Source: Reclinomonas americana ATCC 50394 (Eukaryota). Taken from it: a stretch of DNA of 47,339 bases. Shown here one piece after another: positions 24,001 to 41,135 of this stretch. The stretch's first letter is position 1. Every line of letters begins with the position of its first letter. The notes beneath the pieces are model-generated. The model did no database searches, was not told the origin of the DNA, and was given only the letters and a program-made list of their open reading frames with translations. The stretch spans positions 5,007-52,345 of the forward strand of contig PS015376.1 in the NCBI GenBank assembly GCA_048213135.1, given 5' to 3'. The position numbers and the translations under genes were made by a program.

Positions 24001-25509
24001 GACAGTGCAAGACTCCGTCTCTCTCCCTATCTGCGAGGTGATCTTGTGAACTCTGATGGCGATACAGCAAGCTCAAGTCTCTTACCGTTACCTTGTCTCT
24101 CGCAAACTACAAGGTGATCTTACGCAAGCAGAGGCCTCATGTATCTCACTCCTGCCGTGCCTCTCGCTCATTCACAAACTGCAAGGAATCCTATGAACTC
24201 AATGGGCAATCCTGCAAAAGATCTCTCACTCTCTGGAGCTGCAAAGCCCTACAGTGAACTCTGGTGGCGATCTTGCAACTTCACATCTTTTACACTTGCC
24301 TTGCCTCTCGTTCTCTACACCCTCTCAAACTGCATGGATCACTTTGCAGTTAGTGAGAGAGAGGCGGAAGGGAGGGAGGGAGAGAGAGAGAGCACGCGGC
24401 ATGAGGCTTGCAGGATCGCCATCTGAGTTCACTGTAGGGCTTTGCAGTTTCAGAGAGGGAGAGAGTGGCATGGCAAGGAAAGAAATCTGAAGCTTGCATG
24501 ATGCTTGTTTCAGATTTCTTTCCTTGCCTGTTCTCTCTCTCTCCCTTTCTGAAACTGCAAAGCCCCAACAATGAACTCAGATGGCGATCCTGCAAGCCCG
24601 TTCTTCTCCCTCTCAAACTGCATGACATCATGCAAGCTTCAGATTTCTTTCCTTGCCTTCTCACTCCCTCTCTGAAACTGCAAAGCCCCAACAATGAACT
24701 TAGATGGCGATCCTGCAAGCTTCACATCTCTCTCTCTCTCTCTCTCTCTCTNNNNNNNNNNNNNNNNNNNNNNNNNNNNNNNNNNNNNNNNNNNNNNNNN
24801 NNNNNNNNNNNNNNNNNNNNNNNNNNNNNNNNNNNNNNNNNNNNNNNNNNNNNNNNNNNNNNNNNNNNNNNNNNNNNNNNNNNNNNNNNNNNNNNNNNNN
24901 NNNNNNNNNNNNNNNNNNNNNNNNNNNNNNNNNNNNNNNNNNNNNNNNNNNNNNNNNNNNNNNNNNNNNNNNNNNNNNNNNNNNNNNNNNNNNNNNNNNN
25001 NNNNNNNNNNNNNNNNNNNNNNNNNNNNNNNNNNNNNNNNNNNNNNNNNNNNNNNNNNNNNNNNNNNNNNNNNNNCCCTCTTCTCAACTCCGACGATCCC
25101 GTATCTCTCTCTAGATCTCTTCCCCCCATCTCCATCTCTCGCTCAGTCACTCACCAACAGCCACATCCACAATCAGCTCAGGATTCGCATAGTTATTCAA
25201 GTTCCTCCCGCCCGGCACCTCCACAATCTCCTGCGCCAGCCGCACAAACGCCGCTCCCGCGCGCAAATCATCCGGCGTCGCCATCACCACAAACACCAGT
25301 TCATCATCATCAATTCCCTTGCATATCATGGCACTTTCATCGCGTGAGCTGCCCATTTCATCGGCATCGCCACCTGCACGGAGTGCACGATGCTCGTTCC
25401 ACCACATGCGCATCGATCGGATGCCCTTGACGGCCGCCAGACCATTGTTGGCAATCAGAATGCGACGGATGCGGCGGTGTGCGCCGAGGCTCTCCAGGTA
25501 CGCGTCCAT
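15016..25509 (-). CDS. ACC1: Multidomain eukaryotic acetyl-CoA carboxylase (BC-BCCP-central-CT), more than 25 introns; an upstream exon in the gap is possible
   Basis: [68 protein letters not shown], biotin motif EVMKM (21492-21478), [39 protein letters not shown] stop at 15018-15016. Confidence 0.98.
23870..24730. repeat. Direct and inverted copies of a tgaactcagatggcgatcctgcaag-containing unit in ACC intron 1; long foldback at 24405-24598
   Basis: Copies at approx. 24047, 24193, 24255, 24572 and 24694 (direct) and 24405-24431 (inverted); perfect 20-bp stem 24472-24491/24509-24528. Confidence 0.85.
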
Positions 25510-26332
25510 TTTTCTTGTTTGCTGCACAGAGAGACAAACACCAGTGAGAGTGAGTGAGTGATCACATCGCGTCGAGCATGTCGGCACTTCTCCACCCCCC
25601 CCCCCCCCTCTTTTCGCTTTTTGTCTTCCCCATTTNNNNNNNNNNNNNNNNNNNNNNNNNNNNNNNNNNNNNNNNNNNNNNNNNNNNNNNNNNNNNNNNN
25701 NNNNNNNNNNNNNNNNNNNNNNNNNNNNNNNNNNNNNNNNNNNNNNNNNNNNNNNNNNNNNNNNNNNNNNNNNNNNNNNNNNNNNNNNNNNNNNNNNNNN
25801 NNNNNNNNNNNNNNNNNNNNNNNNNNNNNNNNNNNNNNNNNNNNNNNNNNNNNNNNNNNNNNNNNNNNNNNNNNNNNNNNNNNNNNNNNNNNNNNNNNNN
25901 NNNNNNNNNNNNNNNNNNNNNNNNNNNNNNNNNNNNNNNNNNNNNNNNNNNNNNNNNNNNNNNNNNNNNNNNNNNNNNNNNNNNNNNNNNNNNNNNNNNN
26001 NNNNNNNNNNNNNNNNNNNNNNNNNNNNNNNNNNNNNNNNNNNNNNNNNNNNNNNNNNNNNNNNNNNNNNNNNNNNNNNNNNNNNNNNNNNNNNNNNNNN
26101 NNNNNNNNNNNNNNNNNNNNNNNNNNNNNNNNNNNNNNNNNNNNNNNNNNNNNNNNNNNNNNNNNNNNNNNNNNNNNNNNNNNNNNNNNNNNNNNNNNNN
26201 NNNNNNNNNNNNNNNNNNNNNNNNNNNNNNNNNNNNNNNNNNNNNNNNNNNNNNNNNNNNNNNNNNNNNNNNNNNNNNNNNNNNNNNNNNNNNNNNNNNN
26301 NNNNNNNNNNNNNNNNNNNNNNNNNNNNNNNN

Positions 26333-26505
26333 AAGGGGGAAGGAGGAAAGGGGAAAACGGGGAAGGGGCAAGGGGAAAGGGGGAAGGGGAAAGGGGGAAG
26401 AGGAAAGGGGAAAGGGGGAAGAGGAAAGGGGAAAGGGGAAGAGGAAAGGGGAAAGGGGGAAGAGGAAAGGGGGAAGGGGAAGGGGGAAAGGGGAAGGGGA
26501 AGGAG
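26333..26505. repeat. Polypurine (GGGGAA/GAGGAAAGGGGAAA) low-complexity tract
   Basis: Direct reading. Confidence 0.9.
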
Positions 26506-26933
26506 GCACAGAGAGAGAAGACACACAAGAAGAGGAGCCCTTGATGTCACGACAAGGGCGCAAAGGAAAAGGGCGGCGAGAGAAGAGAGAGCTCTCAACG
26601 TTGAACTCTCAAGTGTGTGTGAGAGTGACAGGCGCACAAGGCACTGATGTCAAGGCAGAAAGGAAAGAACGACAATGGCGCGCAAAGGATGAGGTCGGGG
26701 ATAGAGACAGGCGGGAAAGAGAACAAGCACTTGATGTCGCGCGAGAGAACGACAGGCGACTGAGCCCCAGATGCTAGAACAGAAAGAAGGAACGAAAGAC
26801 CGTGCGAGAGCGGGAAAAGAGTCAGACAAGACACAAAGAGAGTGCCGTGCGTCGAATAGAGGAGTTGGGAAGTGCGTGTCCTTGAATTCTCGAGACAGAG
26901 GAGATGTACATGTGTGCGTGTGATGGCACAAAC

Positions 26934-27711
26934 CAGTTCTTGATGACGGCATGATCGACGGGGTACGACACCTCCAAGCTCTGGCGGTATTGTGCAGCCT
27001 CATCGCCCACCATAATGTCCTGTAAAATACGCAATGAGCATCTCCAGCCAAACACACGGCAACAAGAACACCAGAAGCCAGCCGACCTTCATTTGTGAGC
27101 CCGCCACATCCTCCTCGTATCTGAGAATTGGCCGACCGACCTGCAAAATAACAATGTATGAGTCGACCATTCTCAAGGAGAGAGACAGGAGAATGCATTG
27201 CTGACCATGGCAGGGAACACTGAGCGCGGGAAGTTGTCGCCTGCAAAACAATAGAGAGGGAGAGGGGGGAGCGAGAAAAAAGGTCATCATCGGAACTTTT
27301 CACAAGTGTGAGTTGCATGAAGGAATGGAGGAGACTCACCGGCAAAGCCGCACTTGACAAACTGCATGCGAGACACACACGCAAAGAGACACCGAGAGAG
27401 AGTGAGCGAGTGAGCGCGCGTGCGGGAGTTCAGACATGCTCTTTGCGCAAACACAAAACACGCAGACACGCAGACACACGCGCGCGCGTGCGGAGCAACT
27501 CAGTGTGCACAGCAGCAGCACAGTGCAACAAAAGCGTGTGTGTGTGTGTGTGTGAGCAAGTGCGTGTGAGAGTTGACATGCCCGATGGCAATGACCCGAC
27601 AAACTTTGCGCGTGTGACACCCACACAGCACAAGTTGAGAGAGAGACTGAGGAGGAACGCAACTCCTGTGCCATTGTCGCACACTACGACGCGCTCCCGA
27701 GTGAATGACAT
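26934..27711 (-). CDS. ARP2: Actin-related protein 2, first five exons only; the remainder is presumably in the 25636-26332 gap
   Basis: Spliced MSFTRERVVVCDNGTG|FVKCGFAG|DNFPRSVFPAM|VGRPILRYEE..MK|DIMVGDEAAQYRQSLEVSYPVDHAVIKNW. Confidence 0.92.
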
Positions 27712-27810
27712 TGCGGCGCAAACACACACACGCGCAAATAAAAAAAGTGATCAATGTAATTCCACCACTCCACTCCAGCCGACCAAACTCTCTCACACTC
27801 TCACTGTGCA
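27712..27810. promoter_or_regulatory. Putative bidirectional promoter between ARP2 and PSMA3 (99 bp between start codons)
   Basis: Divergent ATGs at 27711(-) and 27811(+); AT-rich core aaataaaaaaagtgatcaatgtaatt. Confidence 0.55.
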
Positions 27811-30202
27811 ATGTCAAGCGGGGTTCGTTGCTCTCTCGTGTGTGTGTGCGTGCATATGATTCTGCTGTGTTGTGCGTTGTGCGTCTGCAACTCCGACGCG
27901 CGTGTGTTGTTTGTTGGTGGCTGTGCCATGGAGGAAAGCGCGCCATTTCCACTCTTGTTTGCGCGCTCTCTCTCTTGTCTCTCTTGTGTGTCTCTCTGTC
28001 AGGCACACACACGCGCGCGCACTTGAGTGTCATGCATGCTGTGGGTAGCACGTCGTCATTGTCAGCGTTGTACACAGTGAGCGCGCTCTCTGTGAGCAAT
28101 CGTCGCACTTGTCTCTCTCTCGCTCACACACACACAGAGACAGTGAGCTGCTTGAGTGTACAAGCGCAGTGCGTGATTCTCTGTCTCTCTGTCTCTGTGT
28201 GTGCGTGAGATGAATGCATGTGTGTGCTCAAATTTGTTTATCTTTCTTGCGCAGTACGATTTGGCGGTGACAACTTACTCACCCGAGGGCAAGATCCATC
28301 AGGTGAGCATGATGAAAAGGAGAAGGCGATATGCTATGTCTCTTGTGTGATTGATTTGTGGAGAGAGAGTGTGGGGGAAAGAAGGGGAATTGCATCCTGT
28401 GTCGCGTTCTCTCCTGTGAGCTGACGCGCGCAGCTCCTGTTGGAATGTGGAGTGCATCCTCTCTGCTTGTGTACTTTGCTCAGTTTCTCGTCTTTCGAGC
28501 AAGGAGCAGAGACGCACAACTCGTGCTCTGATGTCGAGCGTGCTTCCTGTGCACTCTTCTTTGGTGCATTGAACAGAGACGCACAGCTCCTGTTGTGATG
28601 CGGAGTGCATCCTCTCTGCTTGTGTAGCGTGCACTCTCTTCTTGGCCGCTGTGAGCAGAGACGCACAGCTCGTTGCTTCCTGTCAAGTGCATGCACTCTT
28701 CTTTTGAGCGGTGTGTGGAGAAGTGCAGCTCCTGTTGTATTTTTGGAGTGCATCCTCTCTGCCTTTGTAGTTTGCACACGCTCTCGGTTTTCTCCTGAGC
28801 AGAGACGCGCAGCTCGTGTTCTGATGCTGAGCATGCTTCTTGTCTTGGCCGTAACTTGGAGAGACGCAGCACAGCTCATTAGTGTGTACATGCTCTCCAT
28901 TCGTGCAGCAAGATGTTTCGTCTTTCCTCTCAGCAGAGACACGCAGTTCCTCTTGTGATGGGAAGTGCATGCTCTCCGTTCGTGCAGCAAGATGTTTCGT
29001 TTTTTTGCGAGTAGAGACGCGCAGCCCTTGCTGCGACCTTTGCAAGCTGTCTGGTCTTTCCAACAGTACTGCGTCTTGTCCGTCTCATCCCGCACGTCCT
29101 GTTGACATTCTTTCCGTCACTTGCTTTTCATTCGAGCAGTCTTGTGCTCGTCATTGAGATTCATCGCGCTCACACTGTCTATCTCCAGGTGGATTACGCC
29201 TGCAAGGCCGTCGACCATGCTGGGTGAGTCTTTTGCGTCTCCTTTTCTGCCCTTCCCCACCTCCCCCGTCGTCTCGCTCACCGATCCCCCTCGCAGCACG
29301 GCCATTGGTGTGCGATGCCGCGACGGCATTGTGATGGTGGTGGAGAAGTTTGTCGTCAGTAAGATGCTTGTCCACGGCTCCAATCGTCGCATTTTCCACG
29401 TGGACCGACATGTCGGCGCGGTGCGGCACTCCTCTCACATCCACACGCACCCTTTTCGTCATCCACAAACTCACCTGCTTCACAGGCCACTGCCGGCCTG
29501 CTGCCCGACGCACGGCAATTGATGGTCACGGCGCGCGCTGAGGCCGCCAACTACCTGCAGACCTTCAAGAGCCCCATTCCCGGCGCCGTCATGTGCGACA
29601 GACTGGCCTCGTTCGTGCACGCCTACACGCTGTACTGGAGTGTGCGGCCGTTTGGCTGCTCGGTGTTGCTGGCGACGCACGACGAGCGCGCCGGCCCGAG
29701 CCTGTACCTGGTGGAGCCGTCAGGCGTGGCCTATGTTGCGTCTCCACGTTTTGACACACCCCGTGTGAGCACTGGCAAACTCAATTGCTGTATCGTGCAG
29801 GGCTACTTTGGTGTGGCCATTGGCAAGGGCAAGAACGCCGCCAAGACAGAAATCGAAAAGCTCAATCTGCAGGAGCTCTCATGCCGTCAGGCCCTGGTGT
29901 TGCTGTCCACCGTGTTACGTGCCCGTTGTCTCCGTCGCACTCCACTTCCCGTCGCCACCATCTCACCCTGCTCCTCTAACAGTTTGCATCGCGTGCACGA
30001 CGAAAAAGACAAGGACTTTGAGTTGGAGGCCAGCTGGCTGTGCGAGGAGAGCGGCTGGCAGCACGCTCTGGTGCCGGAGGATCTGCGCCTGTCTGCTCAG
30101 GAGGAGGGTGCGGCGACGGTGAAGCGCGAGCAGGAGGAGGAGAGTGACGACGAGGACGAAGGCATGGCGGGAGTGGAGAGTGCTGCTGCTCCTCAGGAGT
30201 AG
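27811..30202 (+). CDS. PSMA3: 20S proteasome subunit alpha-7 (alpha type-3)
   Basis: [90 protein letters not shown], acidic tail; 12-nt first exon 27811-27822 is inferred. Confidence 0.96.
28415..29035. repeat. Degenerate intronic satellite; gagcagagacgcacagctc core recurs about 9 times at 60-85 bp spacing with an approx. 145-150 bp higher-order period
   Basis: Cores at approx. 28419, 28504, 28571, 28653, 28715, 28797, 28859, 28931, 29009; gagtgcatcctctctgc at approx. 28450, 28603, 28745. Confidence 0.8.
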
Positions 30203-30350
30203 AGTCGGTGACGATTCTCACGTGCGTGTCACCCCGCTGCCCTGCAAAGTGAGCGACGAGTGAAAGAAGACGTGTGTGTGTGCAGTCACAAAAACACCAT
30301 TCGTCTACTTATTCCACACACACACACTCTCTTTCTCTCACAAACACACG

Positions 30351-31441
30351 CTAGTCGCGTGCGTCGACCTTGGCGTCCAGCTCGTCATTTGTCTTCTCCC
30401 TGTCGCAGGAGAACAACATGTCAGGCATCGCTCACCAGCACACACCCCCAAGTCGACAAACCAGGGGAACACAATCCACGTCTCCTGTGCCATGCGCGTC
30501 GCGTACACATCGACCGTATGCTCACCCGCCGGCTTGGCGTACACCTACACATACATGCACACACAAAAGGACTGCTCAGTCGCCGCTGCCAACAAATGCC
30601 GAGCCGATATCACGAGAATACCACACGCAACGACAGCAAACACGGCATTGGGGAAGAGCCGACGTGCCAACGCCAGCGTCTCACCGCTGTCGACCAGATC
30701 ATCGACAACCAACAGGCCTTCGCCTCCATTCTCCAGATCCGCCACCGTCTTCAGCACCTCAATCTCCGCACGCTGATGGCTGTCACTGTATGAGCGGACA
30801 CAACTGGTACAAATTGGTTGTCAGTAACGCGCCTTCAACGATGGCGACAAGCACACAACACGAAACAGAGTATCGACCAGTCGAATGTCCATGGTCTGGC
30901 TGAGCAGCGCCTGCATCAATCCCACTCACACAGTCAACATCGATCATTCTGCATGATCACTGTGAATAAGAGCGGATCTCTTCACTCACCGCGGGGACGA
31001 GACCGCCACGAGCAACCGCCACAATGCCACGCAGGCGGATACCACGCTGCTCAATGTGCCTCAGAATGACCTTGCCCAGTTGATAGCACTGGGCGCGTGC
31101 AAAAACAAAAAGAGTGAGACATCTGCAGATGTGCAGATGTGCAGCACGTGCACACTCACCTCCGCCTGGAAGCGCTCCCATGAGATCTCAAGGATGGTGG
31201 GACCAGTACCACTGCTGCCACTTGCTTCTCCTGCTGCGCTCATTGTGTTTACACTTGTCTTGTGATCTTCCTTTGGTGGCGGAGATGATGACTGCTGCAG
31301 CACGATAGCGTGATAGGCGGCGAGAGCAGTGAGCAGCACAGCAGCAACGCTCAACGTGACCAGAATGCGTGTCAAGAGACGAGTAGGCGAGGGACCAAGA
31401 TGCGAGTACGACGAAGAGGAGGAAGAAGGTGTGCTTCGCAT
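30351..31441 (-). CDS. gpt: Bacterial-type xanthine-guanine phosphoribosyltransferase with five introns and a possible N-terminal signal anchor
   Basis: ISWERFQ.., [65 protein letters not shown] closely parallel E. coli Gpt (GIIAVSRGGLVP, GEGFIVIDDLVDTGGT, FAKPAG, TWIEQPW). Confidence 0.88.
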
Positions 31442-31520
31442 CTCTCACCGTGCCGATGAAGAGGACAACTATGGCTCATAGGACACCCTTCGTTTTACTC
31501 CATGACGCTCCCGCGGGCAG

Positions 31521-37180
<5,660 letters not shown>

Positions 37181-37417
37181 TCCTTCCGCGCCCGCGTCGG
37201 GTCAACCACACTGTGCTTGACTTCGCGTCCCACACTTGGTTTTTCTGCAAGTCGACGTCAAAGCTTTCTGTGGACGTACGGTGGAATAAGCTCGCAAGCG
37301 ACATTCCACGCAGCTGCGTTACTTTGTTGTCCAAGTTGCGAAGTGGATTGTTGTTGCGTACACACTCTCAAGCCAAAACATGTATTTTTCTCAAAATNNN
37401 NNNNNNNNNNNNNNNNN

Positions 37418-40209
37418 ACGACGAAGCACCCAAGTGGTCGGCAGGAACTGCAGACGCTCGGTAGGGTAGGCAGCAGCCAGGGTGCCATGCAGCTCCACCG
37501 GATCGGTGAGACGGCGGGCGTTGCAGAGGCGGTTGACCCACGGCTGATGGTCACGAGCCGGACTGTCGGGCAGCAGGCGGAGAATGTCGGGGCGACTCGT
37601 CCACACGTACTCGAGCGAGCTCGCGTGCGGGCCACTGCAAGAAAACAAAAGAAAAAGTCAGCAACACCAAAATCCAGGATGCTCTGTACGCATAGAAGTG
37701 CGACGCAACTAAATGCCACCCTGAGCGCGCTGCAGACCGAGCTCCTTGAGCTTGGGCACCAAGCTCAAGCCGAGGCCGGTGACGTAGAACGAGCGCATGG
37801 TGCCGTCACGCTCCGAATCCGTGGACAGCTGAGAGCCGCATCGTCGCGACGGCTGCGAGTACACCTCCACCGCCAGCTCCTCCAACGGCACGTACGACGG
37901 GAGAGCCGCGTCGACCATGAAATGGTCCTCGGTCTCCGGCACCTCCGTGAGGCGAATCGAATGCACGTACTCGTCCGTGGCCGTGTGGCGGAACGCAATG
38001 CGGAAGTCGGAAATCCAACTGCAGCCCTGCAGGAACGGTCGCTGGAACGACACCGTCACGTGGCCCGGTCGGCCCGCAATCGGCAACACCTTGGGCGTCA
38101 AAAAGTCCGCTTGCGTGTCTGGGGGCGTGGGGAGGAAGAGTTCGTGAGATGTCGTCGAGGGAAAAAGACAATGGGCAATCATCACACAAAAAAACACACC
38201 TTCGCGCGGCGTGGCAAAGTAGCCCATCATGGACGGCGGTGCCTCACCCTCGGCCGACACAGCCGCCACGTGGCACTCGTAGGTGCTGTCGGGGGTCAGG
38301 TTGCGCACCATGGCGCGCATCTGATCGCGCGGCACCTCGACCACAATCGGTGCCTCCTTGTCCTTGTCAGCGAGGTCGTCGGTCGCGGCACCCAGTGTGG
38401 CTGCCATGTTGCGAGCGCGTACACACTGTAGGCGCCAATGTGTGATGCCTTCCTCCGTGGTGTTGCTGCGTCCGTCGGCATTCTTCTCAAAATGATCGCT
38501 CCACCCAATGGCCAACTGCATGCTCGACGCGTGCAACGACACTGGTGCCTGCGTGAGCCGTGGTGGCAGTGGTGCTGCGTGCAATAAGAAGAGATAGAGT
38601 GAGTTCGGTTGCAGTGGGGGGGCAGGCAAACAAACAGGGCGAGGACGCAACCAGGATACAAGAGCTGATGACCAAAGAGCAAGTAGGCGACGCAGGCGAC
38701 GAGCACTGCCGAGGCCACAATTAGGGTTCGATTCCGACCACCGTGACTGTCGGCACACGGGCTCACGGCCGGTTGCGACAGCTTGCGAGACGACTCCTTG
38801 GTGGAGATCTCACTGACTGAGGACGCCATCTTGCCGTCGGCACTGCCCTTCGCCTCGTCTTCGTCGTCGTTGGCGGAGGACGCGTCCTTCTTGCGCCGTC
38901 TGAGTGTCGTTGATGACGGCGACTTGCGCTTGCCAACTGCCGACGACTCATCGCTGCTCAGCGAGGCATCGTCTTCGGCATCGTCATCCTCCTCGTCGTC
39001 ATCGTCGTCGTCGCTTCTGCCAGCGCGCCCATGCTGCTTCTCGCCACTGCTATTGTCGTTGGCGCTCTTGTTTGCATCGTTGCTCGTGGCAGAGGCGGCG
39101 GTGGCGGTGGCGGCAGCAGCAGCAGGGGCCGGTGCACTCGCCAACAGCGAAGCCGCCGAGGTGGCAATCACGTGTGCCGAGGCCGCCTCAGGCAACAAGT
39201 GCCGACTCTCCCGCTGCGGCTCATCATCGCTCGCATAAACATCCTCCTCGTCCTCCTCATCCTCCTCCTCTTCGGCGTCATCGTCTTCCTCTTCGTCTTG
39301 CTTGTCTGCATTCTCCTCCTCGTCCTTGTCGTCGTCAGCGGCCGGACCGTCGACACGACGCGGTGTGAGTGGTGGTGCAGTCGCCGATGCCGCCGACGCC
39401 GCGGCCAAGCTTGCTCCTGGGAGTGACAAAACTGGAGCAGCCGTGGCGGTCGTCGTGGTCGTCGTCGACGACGACGACGACGATGAACCCGGCGCCTGAA
39501 TGATTACGCGATTGGGCGCCAGTGGAGCAGCCACGACGGCCTTGGGCGCGGCCAGCGGTGGCGATGGAGCACCATCATTGTCCTCTCCAGAGCGCGAACG
39601 TGCTGTCGCAGTCGTCGTTGTGGTCGTGGTCGTGGTCGTCGTCTCCGTCGGTGATGCCACCACCGTGGTGGGAGGCACCACAAAGAGCGGATGCGCCGAC
39701 GTCTCCGCATCCTCGCCCATCAACCGCACCGGCTGCTGCTGATGCCCATCAAACAACACCGGCTCCGCAAACACCAAGCTCTCTCTCCGCACGGGCGAGT
39801 TCAGTGGTGGCGGCGACGGTGGCGGCAACGGCGACTCCTTCAGTCGCAGATTCGTCACTCGTGAGGGCGTGGCCGGCACGAGCACATCCGACTCTGATTG
39901 GCGTCGCTGCATGCTGGCGAATCCCTCCAAGAGTGCCGCAGAGGCGGCGAGAACAGGTGCCTGTGTGGCATCTTCAGCAACACACATAGCGAGACAAGTG
40001 AGCGTGTGTGTGAGAGAGTGGGGGGTTACCTCTGCCAGTGCTGCGACCAAGTCATCATCATCATCGTCTTCATCATGCGCTCCCTTTGCGGTGCGTCTTG
40101 TGAGTTGTTGCGCGGTGCTCAGCTCGAGCTTGTTGTCCGTGGAGAGAGTGTTGCAGGAGGCAGCGGCGGCGACTGAGGAGACACCGACATCTGTGTCTTG
40201 CGAGGCCAT
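37418..40209 (-). CDS. Single-pass membrane protein: long acidic/low-complexity N-terminus, TM helix, FN3-like domain(s), start of a tubulin-tyrosine-ligase-like domain; truncated at a 20-N gap
   Basis: TM TLIVASAVLVACVAYLLF; FN3 signature VRNLTPDSTYECHVAAVSAEGE; C-terminal YVWT..WVNRLCNARRLTDPVELHGTL..FLPTTWVL resembles the TTL N-terminal VNH..LT.K..L..FLP.TW.L pattern; introns 40029-39961, 38651-, 38200-, 37709- restore the frame. Confidence 0.65.
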
Positions 40210-41083
40210 CACTCTGTTTCACCGCTCGTCTTCTCTCGCTTGAAAAACAACAAACAACGACAAGAAAAACCGGCAAACAGGCGGCCCTAACGAAAAAAAC
40301 AGTCACTCTGGGTGAGGAATAGAGGCACATGCACACACAAATGAGACACACACGCACGCACGCACCTGCAACGCGCTCTGTGTGTGGGGTGCGGGCAGTG
40401 AATCAGCACGCGTGCGTGATTGATTTCGTTTGAAGCGCGCGTGCCAGTGATATGGACAGATTGCCAACGGTCGTGGATGACGTATTTGTCCGCCGTGCAA
40501 ATGCAAATGTGACAGGTCGACGTCGGGGCTGGAAGGGGGATGGTGGTGTGCATGCATGTGCGAGTGAGTACAGGGGTGCTGCAACTGGAAAGTGGGAATT
40601 CGAATTCACAAGATCGAGCAATTCGAATTCGAACAACATGCAATTCATTCACCAACAAACAAGCAGCTGACCAAGTTCAACCGTATCCATATTCATCAAC
40701 ACAAACACTAGTCTTGAGGCAGCAGCAAGTTCCTTGTGTGCGTGTGTTCGTACTCGGAGCTTCGAATTCGAACAAGTCGAGAACGTTAACTGCGATCGAT
40801 ATCTTCACCGCCTTAGCGTGGTTGACCAGTGGATTTGACGCACTTGCATAGACGCATGACGTTTTCTCCAGTCGTACACGGCACATCGCATGCGGGAAAA
40901 AGGCCACTGCCAGAATGGCAAACAAAGCAAAGCTGGGACGTCCGGATAGCGATCGCGATACCGATCCGGATCCGTGGACGTCAGTTGCACAATTCGAATT
41001 CAGTGGCGACAGGTAAAGTGGTGATGTAGACGGCATCTGCTTGCCACGAAAAGGCTCGCGGCTTGCGACAACCATTCCATTTC

Positions 41084-41096
41084 TTCTTGAATATTC
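41084..41096. promoter_or_regulatory. Possible heat-shock element (TTCnnGAAnnTTC) approx. 40 bp upstream of the ATG at 41136
   Basis: ttcttgaatattc matches three alternating nGAAn units; short enough to occur by chance. Confidence 0.3.
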
Positions 41097-41135
41097 GGAA
41101 GAATCGCGTTTGTCTACTTTTTCCTTCTCTCATCC

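Noticed and set aside
25509-26934. ARP2-ACC fusion by splicing across the gap
   Set aside because: The ARP2 exon ends in phase 2 whereas the acceptor upstream of the ACC ATG is in phase 0, so the join is out of frame
28415-29035. CRISPR-like repeat/spacer appearance in the PSMA3 intron
   Set aside because: Repeats are degenerate, the 'spacers' resemble each other, the context is a eukaryotic intron and no cas genes are present
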